64,000 bases of DNA, taken from assembly GCF_009834535.1 (NCBI RefSeq), contig NC_045697.1, positions 52,516,001 to 52,580,000 of the forward strand. The letters are read 5' to 3'. The notes beneath the pieces were generated by a model. That model had not been told where the DNA came from. It saw only the letters and a program-made list of their open reading frames with translations, and made no database searches. The DNA is from Camelus ferus (taxonomy: Eukaryota). Within the stretch, counting starts at the first letter, position 1. Each line of letters starts with the position of its first letter. A program made the translations under genes and the position numbers. Below, piece by piece: positions 1 to 13,270 of the stretch.

Positions 1-149
1 ATTTCCACAACCATGTCTATCACTCAAATTTAACCACCAGGATGTCTCTGTCTTATCAAGGTTGCAAGGTACCTAATGCCTTACATATCTGCATAAACAT
101 TAATTGTGGGTTCTTATTTTTAACTCCCTTCTAGTCTTTTGTTCAGATC

Positions 150-272
150 AAATTCCTTTCCTCAAAGAACCAGCTGTACCCTGACCCTTCCTTCAGGGAA
201 TCAATAAATTCTGTTTTGCTTATTCCAGTTATAATCGGATTTCTTGCACTTGCAACCAAAGGCTTACTGATT
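150..272 (+). mobile_element. MaLR (MLT1-like) LTR 3' fragment
   Basis: aataaattctgttttgctta...tttcttgcacttgcaaccaaaggcttactga resembles an MLT1 LTR end. Confidence 0.5.
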
Positions 273-3200
273 TATATAGTGTGTATAGGAAAAAAAAAAA
301 AAAACTAGAGCCAAATGTTAACAACCTTTATCCCCAAAAATAGAATTATTGCTTATGTGCAATTTCCAAATTTTCCAAAATTAACATTAATGTCATTATT
401 ATAAGGAAAACAAACTTATTAAGGTATTTTTAATCGCTAATGTGGGGACAATCATGCCAAATTAGTCCCTACAGTACTTGAAACTGCAAAATCTCAATTA
501 TCTTTCTCAACAAATGCTCAAAACAAACATAACCCTCAAGCATTTGCCTCTACTGCTGTCTAGGGATTCAAACAGCCGTTTCTGAACCATAGGACAGGAC
601 TGGCCATGGTTCTGAAAGCTAGCAGACTGATTAGCCACACAGGTATAAAAGAAACCCCATGGGCACAGAACAATGGGGACGGGGTGAGGGGCCTCATGCA
701 AGTGGCATGGAAAAAGTAAGGTGCTTTCTGTAAACAGTAACTCACCCATTAATTAAGATGGCAACGGCTGTGGCCACCTGCAACCTGTTTCTAAAAGACC
801 TAAGAGTTCCTAATGCGTGTCCCAGTTCCCACTTCCATTTTTCTTTAATTTCTTCCTCCCTGCTTCACTTCTCTTTGCCCTGCCAGAGCTGTCCATGATA
901 CGGTTTATATGATGAATCACTCTGCTTAAGAGTGAACACATCAGCATTTTCTCCAGGTTCAACTCAGAACAATTATCAGCACAATTTATACCCTGAGGTT
1001 TCTAAAGTCAGACTCAATTCTCATCAACGTTAGGAAATCTTCCCGATTCCTAAAATAAACTCTACAGACTTGCTCGACTGCAACTCTCTTCTATACAAAG
1101 TAGCTAAATTTATTGCTCCAATATTAGTGTCACCACCACCACGCTGCTGCCATCAGATGCCTCCACAGACAAAAAGAGGCATCCTCCTTCCTGCAGACTT
1201 TCTTTCAAAATACATAAGAATTAAAGGTACCAAGCTTTAAAGAATCTTTAGGGCTTCTGACTTCATCCCCACATTGCCAAAAATTTCTACCCATCTTTCC
1301 TGGATAGCAATACTGAGAAATGTGATTCAGAACATAATTCCGTTAAGAAAGGAAAGAGTAGGGAATGGGGGCATCAAGGACACATTGCATTGGTACTGGT
1401 TCTTTATAAAGAAAAAAAAAAAGTCACATTCCCCACAGACACGTCACTGCTCTAAAGATTTTGATGGGACTCTGAACATAAGAATCGTCAACAAAATTCT
1501 ACACTGAGCTTTTCCTCTTTTCTGCCTTAAGTCTGCTCAAAATTAGTGGCAGTGATCTCTCACCTCTCTGAAGCTTAATTACATTCTCAGCAAAGAAAAA
1601 AATATATATAACAGGTCCTCCAACACTACCAATTTGACATCAATAGTTTCACTGTTCTCAGACAACATAGTGCTTCATTTGCCTTGTCTGATCTACCCAG
1701 AAGGCTCTCCATTATTGAAGCCAACCAGCAACATATGTCCACTGGCCAGCAAAGACCTCAAAATGAGGCTGGAATCTTAAAGGCCACTTGTGAAGCTTAA
1801 GTTCAATGACTTGTGAAATGGCACATGAATAACAAGAATAATGTGAATTATAATAATTAATATAAACAATAAGTTTTCGTGCAGCTTCACCAAGTACCTT
1901 CCCAAATTATCAACAGTGATTTGCTAAACCCATTTTCAATAAACAAGAAGATGAAACGAGCTAAGTTTTAAGAACCATATTTTAGAAGGGAGGAGCATTT
2001 GTTACAGAAATAAACCTCCTTCTAAGTTATCCACACAAAGCTGATGGAAAACGTAGATCAGACAGTGTATGTGAGCTGGTCAGGGACTTTGATTTCCCAT
2101 TAAAGTGTGTCATGGCTCATGAGAGTAATATCAACAAAAGTGAGAAAGTCACTCTTTTCAACACAATATGTTTTCACTATATTTTTTGTATCCAACATCT
2201 CCTTATCCCTTATATAAAAAGTCTAATTTATACACTTCAAGTCATCTGGAGATAACCTCGGTTCATCAGAAGGAGAGTCAACGAGCACCACTTCAAACGG
2301 CATTCATTAGTAACAGCTTCCCATTCAGAAAGAACAGGCAGAGAAAGTGTCTAGTCACTTCTAAGGCTTGTGGTGACATGTAAGACATGGCTATTCCTTA
2401 ATTGGCTGCAGAATTTCCAATTACTTAAACATCAATCACAAATCTTAGAGTTCCTCTGTCTTCTCAGACAATCCTTTCTTTAGATTCATCACAAATCAGT
2501 TTAAAGTAGTTTAGAAATACATTTATCAATTTATCACACTTTTCAAGACCTACATAGGCTCAAATCTGTCTTTCTTGGAACTATGTTCGCAAAATGCTTC
2601 AGTAACCTTAGAAAGTAGAGGTAAGGCATTCACTTGACAATTGTCCAGATCCCTCTGCCACCCTCCGTATGTGGAGAGGCAGGAAAGAGCCACGAGCAAA
2701 GTGGGATACCTGGGGTTCAAATACAGAAGGATATAAAGAATGAGACAGAGAACTCCTAAGAAGGCAGTAGAAGGTGCTCTGGGTCTGAAAAATGAGACAA
2801 GCTGAAATTTCTAAGAGGAAGCCAAGGTCAAATGCCAAAGCCAGCAAATACAAACAACAAATCTAAAGACACCAGGAGGGAGAATCAAGATCAAGTCACC
2901 AAATTAAGAGTGAAAAACCAGGGCAAATAGAGATAAAAGCAACTCATTACGGATAGGTAGGAGAGTCAATAGGTCAAGGCAAATATTAAATGTAAATACT
3001 CATTTACGTTAAGCCTAATATTGTGAAAATAAATTAAAGAAGTACTGTTGTTTTGGGAGTATGATGGGAAGGGGGGATCGTCCTCAATACACTTTAAGGA
3101 GGGCTTACATAAGATAATAAAGACCCTCCAAATCTTGCTGGTATGTTGGCAAATTCCCCTAAGTGATCAATGAGGTGTCTGCAGTGGCTCGTTCTTTTAA

Positions 3201-5404
3201 CTTCAGGGGGAGTAGATCTTTATAGCCTAGGAACCATTCGTTGTTCAGATGGAGTTCTACACGTGCCCTCCTGCCTAGTGATAGCAAGGAATTTTACTTC
3301 TTGAGACAACACAACCCTGAGTAAACAGTAATCATGGGTGGAGTGATGGAATCAGAATTATAAGACCTAAATCTCGTGCTCAGCTCCAATTCCAACTGAG
3401 CAAATCCCCCTTTACCCTCTGACTCACCTTTCCCACCTGGTTGACACACAGTAACAACAGGAAAAAGGAAGAGATGACAAGGCACATCCATGGATGATGG
3501 AACTGAACTGTGCTCTTCTGCCTCACCAAAATCTACCCAGAAACACAAGACACTGCTACTGTATTCAATGACCTACTGATGTGCTATTCATTCTATCACT
3601 TTTGAGCTCATCTTTCCTTTGAGAAACAACACCTATTAACAAATATCCTAATGGAAAGACTGAAAAAACCTGAAAAGCTGGCATTCTTGGAGGGAAAGAC
3701 TATTAATCCTTGGCAATATTCTCAGCCTTTATATATCCCATTTTTCAGTCAAAGATGTGTAGTGGGCACTGACTATGAGTATTTACACACCAGCCACGTA
3801 AAGGAGTTGCACAACGAAGATATGTACTCGTCCTTTTTCAACGAATTTATCATCAAGTGTGGCAACAAAACTAAACCTCAGTGAAGGTGACTTCAAGAGA
3901 AAAGGCACATAACCAGCTCCAGAGACCTAAGTAAGCATGAACTGTTTAAGATGGTTTAAAAAGCTGAGACATCCCTGGAAGAAGAATAAAGCATGTGAAT
4001 AAGGATGAGGAATTCCAAACACAGAAAGGGAAAGGGATGCATGATGGTCCACAGATTAACAGGAACACGCGGTGAGAGGCACTAAGCCGCGCACAAGGAT
4101 GACGTGCTGAAACGAATGGGGATATTTTGTGTAGAGCACAAGTTTTCATGCACAGGTCCTACAGACAACCATCTGCTTTTTCTCCTCACGTAAGTGTCTG
4201 TCTTCAAAGCACATACACATCAACAACTCAAGAATCACTCAGTAAGTATTATACAACATTGGTTACCTCTGAGCTGCACCCAAAACACACACACATGAAG
4301 ATCATTATGCCCTAAAAAATACTCACCCAGTCTCTAGTGTTGTCTAACAGAGATTTTAGGAAGTATGAGTCTCTACTACAGTAGGACAAAATTCATGTTT
4401 TGTGATCATGTTCCTTAAAAAAGTCTTAGTTTTTCAAAACAAGAGCCCAAATATTTTTACAGATTTCATTGTTGGTGTACATAAATTATAATTATTAAAT
4501 ATACTCTGAACTTCTGTCTTGTATATGCAAAGAAAAACTGGCCAACGCCCTGTCCTTATAAGATTATATTCATCTAATCCTACTTTAAATCACACCCCAA
4601 AATGCCATCTAATGGTTACTTGTTATCTCAGCCTAATAAATCCCCTAAACAGAATTCTGAAAGTCAGTTTCTAATCATTTTTCCCGGCCACTAATACAAA
4701 ACAGACCTACATATTAAAATTGCATCATTTAGACATTAAATCAGTGGCTACTAAATTTTCTCCTACAGAGTAATTCATCTGAGTCATATGGATGGTAATG
4801 TCCAAGAATTCACTTCAGAAACATCAACTGCAGTTAAAATTTTTCTGAAATGTTTGTGTGGGTATGTCCTGCCATGAATGGCAATTGGTTAATTTGCCTA
4901 TGAAATTAGTAGATTCTGAGCTGAGTCCAAAAAAAAAAAACTGTATTCTTTCACATGCCAAAATCAAGCTCACTTCAGAAGTGAATTTCTCTTCTATCTT
5001 GAATCTATTACAATTTGAAATGATAAAAGACTTGAAGAATAGTAACTTGGCTTACAATCTCATTTGGGATACAATCCCATGTAAGTGAACTGGACTACAC
5101 ACCCACTGCAGTCTTCTCTTCCAAAATTTATACTTCAGTTTTCCAGGATCACAAGATTTCTTCTTTTGCTTGTTCTTCTGTCAATCAATCACCACTTGCA
5201 AGCCTCTTCAAAAGAGAGTTACTAATATGGGGTTTAATTGAAGAGTCTTCAACATGCTTTCTGGTTTTTTTTTTCCAACCAAGCAGTAAAAAATGCAATA
5301 TTTGCATTAGTCAGAGCACTTGATTGGAAACATTTATTAATAAGAACATTCATCAGTAAATAGCATGAACTAGGAACATTTTATCTCTTTAAGAACACCC
5401 CTAT

Positions 5405-5555
5405 AACCTAAATATTATTATCTCTGTATTCATCAATAAAACATGTTCAAGGAGGTTCTGTACCTTACCCAAATCACAAGATCTAGTCATGAGGGAATCT
5501 GAGACTTGGAATGCAGTTCTGTAGATCTGACTGACTATAAAGTCCACACTCATTT
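5405..5555 (-). mobile_element. MIR SINE fragment
   Basis: Degenerate reverse MIR core (attattatctctgtatt...cttacccaaatcacaag...ttggaatgcagttct). Confidence 0.6.
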
Positions 5556-8164
5556 TACTATAATGTGCTCCCCACTTCCTGCCTATCTCTACTGTATTTC
5601 TTAACACAGGGCACCCTTCAAGCGCCCATGAGCCATATCTCAAAACATATCTAGCCATTGACAAAAACTCTTTGAAAGTGAGTCATGTTAGGATCTTGAT
5701 AATAACAATGTTTATTTTTCTCTTTTTAAGTAACCAAGTACTATATATTACCAAATGCCTTTCAAGGAATGCTAAACTTTTCCTACACTAAGCTTGAGAT
5801 CGAGCCATTATTCCTTTACTTTTCAACAAGCCATCCATTCTACTCATTTTAATTTATTTTCCTCTGATTATGAATGGCTTTTAAGAGTTGTCTAAATTCA
5901 TTCCAGAGCTCAAACAACTTAGCCCATAAACTTGTCACTTTTAACTTTGGGGGTTACAGATCTGTTTGAGAGTCAGATGAAATGTGTACAAACACATAGA
6001 AGCAGAGTTTTGTATAAAGTGAATATGCAATTGCTTTGGAAAATGATTTTCTTCAAACTCATCAAATGACTTTCAAAAAATATACAAAAGATATTGACTC
6101 CAGGAAGTAAACTAACCTTCTAGGGTTGCATGTGCCTAACTTCAGTGATGGGTGTACCCTGGAAAGTAAGAATAAAACCAACTAACAGCACATATGCACA
6201 CCTTCATAAAATCTTAGAAGTTAAAAAAAAAGTATCCCATGAAAATTAGCACAGGAGCCTTACAATCTTTAAGACTATCTAACTGTCAGGGGTCAATAAA
6301 TGCTTACAACAATTCAGTACATTAGATGAGTAAGTGCCTTTCCATTTTACAGCCCTGTCTAGAGAACTGTAAAAACACATGTGACCTGTGTTTTAAAACG
6401 GCCTGTCCCACCATGAAGACCAGCTGACCACTCTGCTTTATGGACTCACTTCCCTGATTTCCACCACAGTGCAATATGCCAGGCAGATGTTTCGAGGCGC
6501 ATCACTTAGCAACATATTCAGTTCCAGTTAAAAACATTTGCAGGGCTACATTACAAATGCTTGCAAATAGAGTTATTCTCTAAGGTCCAGAAATGTTCAG
6601 AGGGAGGATTTTCTTCTCTACTTCAAGTGCAGCAACTCTTGTTTCAAAAGTAAGGCTGCTGGCGAAGAAACTGAAGCCCAGAGGATGACATGCTGTCAAA
6701 ACAATCTGCAAACGTTTATTTTGCTGCCACAGTTCAGTTGAAACCAGTTCCTAGTGCGATACTGACACTGCTATAATGTTGATTCATGCTTTTGTGTCTT
6801 CAAAAATTAATAACCGTAACTTTTGTTTTTTAAATGGTTTGGAATTGCCAGCAGTATGCTACCTCCAACTGGCTCTAATAAAGCAGTTCATGATTTAACT
6901 TATTCTCAAAAGCACAAAGGCATCTCTCTCTGAAGCTCTGGGTTCTCACTGGTTTCTCAAGCAACAAAGTGAAGCTAAAATCCTACCACCGTCCTTTGTG
7001 CCCAAGAAGTGGTTAAAGAGAACTGCAGAGTCCTCCGTGAAGAAGTCAAAACTGTGTACTTTACGTTGAAAATGTCTATGCTAGGCTCCTTAAATCATCC
7101 ATTTTACAAACCTTTAGTATAATGTGCACGTTCTTCAGAACTCTTATCAGAGTGAGCAACTGGATCACCCAGCCTCAAAATACCTCTGTAAATCTCCACG
7201 CTTTGTCTTTCAACTCTAAAGACGTTAATGGATTTTGCACTTACAGTTAATAAATTTATGTTTAATATTTTTTAATATTTCAATATTTTTAATAATTTTT
7301 AAATATTTCTTCCAAATATTCAAGTAAAAGTGATGCTTCAGGCAAGTATTATATATTTATCCTGTACCCCATACCACTCAACCCTGGGAGCATCGGAAGC
7401 CCCGTCTGAGAAGGAAGTCTTCTCTGTGTCCATTGAAGAGGGTTTGAATCGATGTTTGCACCACGGCTTTGCAATGGCTCCACATGAATCCAGGTGACTG
7501 TGACCAACTTTTATCCATTGTTTTCAGTTTCTCATCATAACCAAACTGACTATGATAAAGTAACATAATGACTGTTCAAAATCTTTTGTCAATTTTTGTT
7601 TTCCCAGGAAACCTAACTCAAGCCCAAGTCCTTATACAGCTCAAAACACGTATGTGCCTTCTCAATCCTGATGAAGTGTGATTTTGGACAGGTCAGCTTT
7701 GCCTAAATCTATATTTACATGGGTTTTAGGTTTGATGCTGTTAAACACAGAATAGAGAGAAAAACAAAGAATTCCATGGGATAGGGAGGAACCTAGAAAG
7801 TCAGCCAAATTTCCAGTCTCTCAAGATTCGGATAGTCATCGTTTGGCTTGATAATCTTAAAAATTCCAAGAAAATCAAGCATACTGTTATTTAATATGTT
7901 TGGCTTGTTCAATCTCCCTTTAATAGCGTGGATAACTAAGGGTTGACCATGAATATGCAAAGTATCTGTTAGTCTGTGATCCAGTCAGGCAGACTATTGA
8001 TCCACTCATATTTGTAATGAGTTTCCACGTGCTCATGTACACACTACACACACGTGATGCGTATACTCATCTACACGCTGTAGTGCTTTGAGTGGGCTCG
8101 CATCCCACGAGGGAAAAACTCAGGCGTAAACAGACAATTACAGTCATTGTGTTAAGAGCTTTTT

Positions 8165-8500
8165 GATTTATTCATTCATCCAATCAACTCTTATTAAAAC
8201 TGACTGTGAACTGAGCCCCTCCTCTGCACTGTGCTACAGGCTATAACAGAATAATGTTGGTTTTCTTTTTCCTTAAAGTATTTGGGAAGCCTACAGGTCA
8301 GTGTGACTGGGGCACAGAGCATGACAACGTGGTAAGAGAAGAAAGACGAGACTATAAAAAAAGATATGCGATAAATCATGAATGGCCCTGTACACCCTGA
8401 TAAGGCATCTAGACTTTATCCTATGGTACCAACACGGAAGTACTGAGGGCCTCAAGCAGGGAGTGGCAAAAGCAGGTGGGCATTTTAAAAAGCTGTTTAG
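8165..8500 (-). mobile_element. L2 LINE fragments
   Basis: ttcattcatccaatcaac L2 tail followed by gactttatcct...agcagggagtggca...cattttaaaaag motifs. Confidence 0.55.
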
Positions 8501-8586
8501 GGCCGTGCTGTAGTTGGTGGGGTGGAGGAGGGAGGGTACTTGGCAGTTCTTATCACAATGAACACATCTATAAAGTTGTGATAAGG

Positions 8587-8895
8587 GACACAAATGAACC
8601 TATTGACAAAACAGAAATAGACTCACAAACACAGAAAACAAACTTAATGGTTAACAAAGGGGCAAGGGTGGGGAGAGGGATACATTAGGAGTTTGGGATA
8701 AACATATACACACTACTATCTATAAAACAGATAGCCAACAAGGACCTACTGTACAGCACAGGGAAATGTATTCCACACCTTGTAATAACCTATAATGGAA
8801 AAGAATCTGAAAACAAATAGCTATCTATGTATAGCCTAATCACTTTGCTGTACACCTGAAACTAATACTGTAAATCAGCTATACTTCAATAAAAA
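8587..8895 (+). mobile_element. 5'-truncated L1 3' UTR, cetartiodactyl type
   Basis: gacacaaatgaacctatt...aaaacagaaatagactcaca...caaggacctactgtacagcacaggga...ctatacttcaataaaaa. Confidence 0.88.
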
Positions 8896-9440
8896 CACAT
8901 GTAATTTATTTTAAAAATTATGAAAAGGAGTTGTGGACACCTATTCAAGTTGAGAGCTTTTTGCATCTCAGTATCTTTGTTCTCTTAGCCGTGCACACCT
9001 TAAGAATGTAGCTGTCTGCTTCTGTTTGTTTCTAAGAATTTAACAATCTGTGGTTAAGCAACTTTCTTCAACAGTGTACTTCAGCATTTCTTTCGCTAAT
9101 CTGTTCATATATGCTCTACTCAACTTACCAGATAACATCTGATAAGCTTACCTTATTTTCATCCACACTCTTCACCAACCTAAAAAAACTCAACTAATTT
9201 GTGGTAAGCCTAGCAATAAAGCATTTCCTGCTGTAGTCAGACAACGGTGGTGCTGCTTCCCGTGCTGAAGGCTTAGCCAGGCAACGCAAAACTCACAGAC
9301 TTCCATCTTCTCAGCTACCTTCGTCTCTGCTCCCCACTCCTAACCCTTGGTAACCAGTTACTCTGACATATCTTTAAGTGCTTTTTCCGACTGTCGAATG
9401 CAAAATCTAAAGTAGACATTTAGTCAAGACAACACCTGAG

Positions 9441-9762
9441 CACAAGGGAGTTTTAGGGCAATGAAATTATTCTGTATGATACTTATACCAGTGGCTACAT
9501 GTCATTATGCATTTGTCAAAACCCACAGAATGTACAACATCAAGAGTGAACCCTAATGTAAACTATGGACTTTGGTTGATAATAATATGTCCGTGTTGGT
9601 TCATAGATTGTACCAAATATGTCACACTAATGAGGGATGTTGAGGGTAGGGATGTTTGTATGTGTGGGTGGGGAGGGCTATGTGCAAGCTCTGTATTTTC
9701 TGCTTAATTCTGTTGTGAACCTGAAACTGCTCTAAAAAAAAATTGTCTATTTAAAAAAAAAA
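9441..9762 (+). mobile_element. 5'-truncated L1 (L1MC-like) 3' end with poly(A) and 15-bp target site duplication
   Basis: gtcaaaacccacagaatgtacaaca...gtgaaccctaatgtaaactatggactttgg plus an A-tail. AAGACAACACCTGAG occurs at 9426-9440 and 9763-9777. Confidence 0.9.
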
Positions 9763-9781
9763 AAGACAACACCTGAGTTGT

Positions 9782-9948
9782 GTCTTCCAAACAGTCCTGA
9801 TCATCAGATTCCCCTGAGGCGATTAAAAACACAGATTACCAGTTCCTGAATCTCAGTGGGGCTGAGGAGAGAGGCGAGTCAGTAATCTGTATTTTTAACA
9901 GACTGAGATGCCCTGGGTAAAGTTATGAATTAGGTTTGGTAAACCCTA
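9782..9948. mobile_element. MER5-like hAT-Charlie DNA transposon relic
   Basis: catcagattcccctgagg...ttaaaaacacagatt...aatctgtatttttaaca...tttggtaaaccct, with internal dyad symmetry. Confidence 0.6.
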
Positions 9949-10489
9949 GATCGAAGCTACCCTAATGAGCGCCTTATAATTAAAGCAGAATTAAGCACAT
10001 ATTTTTCTCTTAAATACTTTAATGAAACTTAAGCAATCACTTTAAGTAATTGCCACCCATTTAATATTTACTGAAACAGTTTACAACTAATTCACATGCC
10101 ATTTCTAAACGCTTCAGGCTTACTTGGCTTTCCTGCTGCACATTAAACAGTTTGTTAACTATTAATACGGAGTGAAGAAAAATCAGAATCTGGAGGTCAT
10201 TTTACCAGTTAAAGAGGCCGCCAAGAAGCATGATTTGTAATTAGCAAAACACATGTGAGCTCCCTGTGTCATTAACTAGGACCTTATGATCAGTGCTTTA
10301 AAGCAAGAGCAGGCCCTGAATAAACAACTTGCTTCCTAAAATAAGTCACTTTCCCATTTTCCCCCCGTCAATCACAAAATATACAGGAAAATACTACTTT
10401 TGCAAGTAACAATGAGTATTTGTGAACTGGCATTATAGATAAATGAACTAAGGGCAAAGACACGTGTAAACGAAACACAAAAATTGCTA

Positions 10490-10706
10490 ATAACTATTAA
10501 GTGATTACTATTCTTAATACTTAGTCCGCATTCTCAGTCCTCTGCATTTAACTTTTTTCCATTTAATAACACGAGGTGCCATTATTATCTTATTTTATAG
10601 ATGAGGAGACTGAGGCACGGAGCAGTTAAGTAACCTGCCCAAGGTCACCCAGACAATAAGTAGCAGAGACAGGAAGTGAAATTAGAGTCTGTGCTTTTAA
10701 CCACCC
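10490..10706 (-). mobile_element. MIR SINE
   Basis: ttttatagatgaggagactgaggcacggagcagttaagtaacctgcccaaggtcacccag, the reverse MIR core. Confidence 0.88.
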
Positions 10707-11009
10707 CAGTGTACCAACAGAAAAAGAACTAGGGCTTAAGCTGTGTTTGAGGGAGGTGGAAGAACTATGACCACAAACATAGGAAGCGACAGATCTTCAA
10801 ACCAAGTCAGGCTTGCAGATCAGTGTCCAATTCACTACTGAGGTCTTACTACGTTAGGCACTGCACTCAGCACTTGGGAAACATTAATACCAAGATGAAA
10901 GAGACATAATTCCTTCTCATCCTCACTTCTTAATTTAACTGGCAACACTTTTATAAAGCCTTCCCTGATTCAAGACAGAATTAACCAGTGTCTTCTGGAC
11001 ATGTGCAAA

Positions 11010-11228
11010 GTACTGCGTGTCTCTCCAGCACTGTGATATCACTTTTAATGCTGCATTATAATGAGGTCTTCCTATGTCTGCCATTCCTCCTTTCAGGCTG
11101 TAAATTCCATGGCCCGTGCTGGGAACAGGGATCACGTCTCAGCTCCTTCTCCAGGACCTAGACCCCTAGCGTGGTGTGCCTCAGCATACTGCTGTCTCTC
11201 AACAGATGTCTGATAAATGAATGAACAA
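11010..11228 (+). mobile_element. L2 3' end
   Basis: ctgtaaattccat...cagggatcacgtct...cctagcgtggtg...taaatgaatgaac. Confidence 0.6.
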
Positions 11229-11569
11229 AGGAAACAGAGAAAGGGGGACACAGAAGTGTAATAACCTGCTCTAAGAGTCACAGGATGCTAGTAGAGTTTG
11301 TATATTCGGCCCTAGTCCAACATTCTGTCTCATATAGGCAACATGCCCCCTGCTAGTCTTCTCTTTTGCTACAACTGCATGATTTAACACTTTATCATAC
11401 ATCATGAAACAATATAAAATTGGTTCACATTTCACCTTTATGCTTCAACTCTCATTTAACACAGTAAACCCTTGTAGGCAGGGGCCAGGGCACGCCTCCC
11501 TTACCGTGTCAGACCACGCTAAAGGCTTGCATACCTGCAGTTTAATTTGCAGAAGAGCCCTCTGAAATC

Positions 11570-11685
11570 ACTCGTTCTAAAAATGAAGGTTTAGAGAAGT
11601 CAAATCATTTGCCCACAAGGTTACACAGTTAGTGAGAGACACAGCTGGGACTTTTATTCCAAATCCCACACTAGTAACCACTGTC
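11570..11685 (-). mobile_element. MIR fragment
   Basis: aatgaaggtttagagaagtcaaatcatttgccc...ttacacagttagtgag. Confidence 0.6.
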
Positions 11686-11704
11686 CTCTTTCTGTGCTCT
11701 CAAA

Positions 11705-12242
11705 GATCGAAATCCCAGCTCCACCATCTACTAGTTATGTGACCTTGGGGAGATTAACTTTTTTGAGCCCCATTTCTTTCCAAATTTACAGAGATATAAT
11801 TGACATATAACATTGCATAAGTTCAGGGTGTAAAACATGAAGATTTGACACAAGTATATATTACAGTGGTTATTATGATGATGATTACCACAAGGTTTGT
11901 TAACATTTCCATCCCCTCCCATAATTGTGTGTGTGTGTGTGTGTGTGGCTTAAGGTCTGCTCTTTTGGCAACTTCCAAGTATATAATACTGTATTGTTAA
12001 CTACAGTCACTACACCATATCTCTGGAACTTACTCATTTCAAAACTGGAAGTCTGTACCCTTTGACCAACATCTCAGCTCCTGATACCCACCATCTTACT
12101 CTCTATTTCTAAGAATTCATGAGCCTCATATTTTATCATCTGGGAGGTGAATGATTGACATTTACAGCAATGACAGAAGGATTTAATGAGAAAATAAGTG
12201 CACGTTGGCAGTCACATAGAAGGTATTCAATAAATATGTATT
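11705..12242 (+). mobile_element. MIR split by an L1 insertion (about 11705-11775 and 12120-12242)
   Basis: aaatcccagctccaccatctactagttatgtgaccttggg... resumes as tgagcctcatattttatcatctg...ggatttaatgag...tcaataaat. Confidence 0.7.
11776..12115 (-). mobile_element. L1MA9-like 3' end containing (GT)10
   Basis: gagatataattgacatataacattg...ggcaacttccaagtatataatactgtattgttaactacagtcac...ctggaagtctgtaccctttgaccaacatctc. Confidence 0.85.
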
Positions 12243-12356
12243 GATAAGCCCACTGAATAATCAGACTCTCTTCAGCAATTCAGCAAATTTGTTAACAATC
12301 AATTTAGGTAATAAAACTTCTGTTAAATGCTATGCCATAAAAACAACTATGTTGGT

Positions 12357-12555
12357 TGAAAGTGGCTAAGAGAACAGATTCTAAAAATTCTAATCACAAG
12401 AACAAATTTTTTGCAACTCTATGAAGTAATGGATATTAACTGAAGTTCCTGTGGTGATCATTTCACAGTATATATGTATGTCAAGTCATTATGCTGGACC
12501 TCAAACTTACAGTGTTGTATGACAGTTACATCTCAGGAAAACTGGGGAAAAAAAA
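12357..12555 (+). mobile_element. L1MA9-like 3' end
   Basis: ttgaaagtggctaagagaacagat...gtggtgatcatttcacagtatat...cagttacatctcaggaaaactggggaaaaaaa. Confidence 0.85.
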
Positions 12556-12889
12556 TTTTGTAAAGACACCTAGGTTGCAAGTTCTCTCCCAACTGATGGA
12601 GTTCCAAGAGTTCCACAAAATTAAAAGCAGACGTGAAAGGAAGATGCTACAGCTGATAGGGACCTCTATAGGTTAACATTCTTCTACAACACCTTTCCAC
12701 TATCCCGGTTAGTAGGTATGGACTCTAAAACACAAAGGCAAGAACCGTGACCCGGGTGGCTCTGGAATCAGGCAATCTGGGCCCTGCGCACTGCGCTTGC
12801 TTAATCGCAGCTGCCTCGCTCCCACACTGAGGTGTGGGCCTTTCCCTAAAAACACTTCCAGACTGAAGCACAAACTTTCTGCCCAGTAA

Positions 12890-13085
12890 AGGAAGGATTC
12901 AGAAGACCTAACTTCAGATGCAGGCTCTGCCACATACCAGCGCCGTGCATCAGGCCAAAGTCTTCTCTCCAGTGGAACAAGAATGAAACGCTTTCTCATA
13001 GGACTGCTGTGGGGGTTAAATGAGACAACGCATAGGAATGGACCCAGCACAGAGCCAAGAATGCAACAGGCACCCGACAGACACT
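12890..13085 (+). mobile_element. MIR SINE
   Basis: ggctctgccacataccagc...ctcataggactgctgtgggggttaaatgagacaacgcat. Confidence 0.65.
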
Positions 13086-13166
13086 GATGGAAAAGAAGCC
13101 GGAGCTCATGAGATGCCGCAAAGCAAAGTGCTGGCGCCCCTCTTCCTGCAAGTACTTAAACACAGC

Positions 13167-13270
13167 AAGGAAGGGAAGGAGAGAGGAAGGGAGTAGGGAG
13201 AGAGGAACAGGGGATGGACAAGAAGGGGAAACAGAAGAAGAAGAGGGAGGGAAGGAAAGAAAAGGAGATA
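13167..13270. repeat. GA-rich low-complexity tract
   Basis: Nearly all-purine run aaggaagggaaggagagaggaaggg...gaaagaaaagg. Confidence 0.8.

Noticed and set aside
7378..7566. 62-aa minus-strand ORF as an alternative SLC4A4 first exon
   Set aside because: It does not match the NBCe1-A N-terminus (MSTENVEGK...) and has no convincing splice donor at its end.
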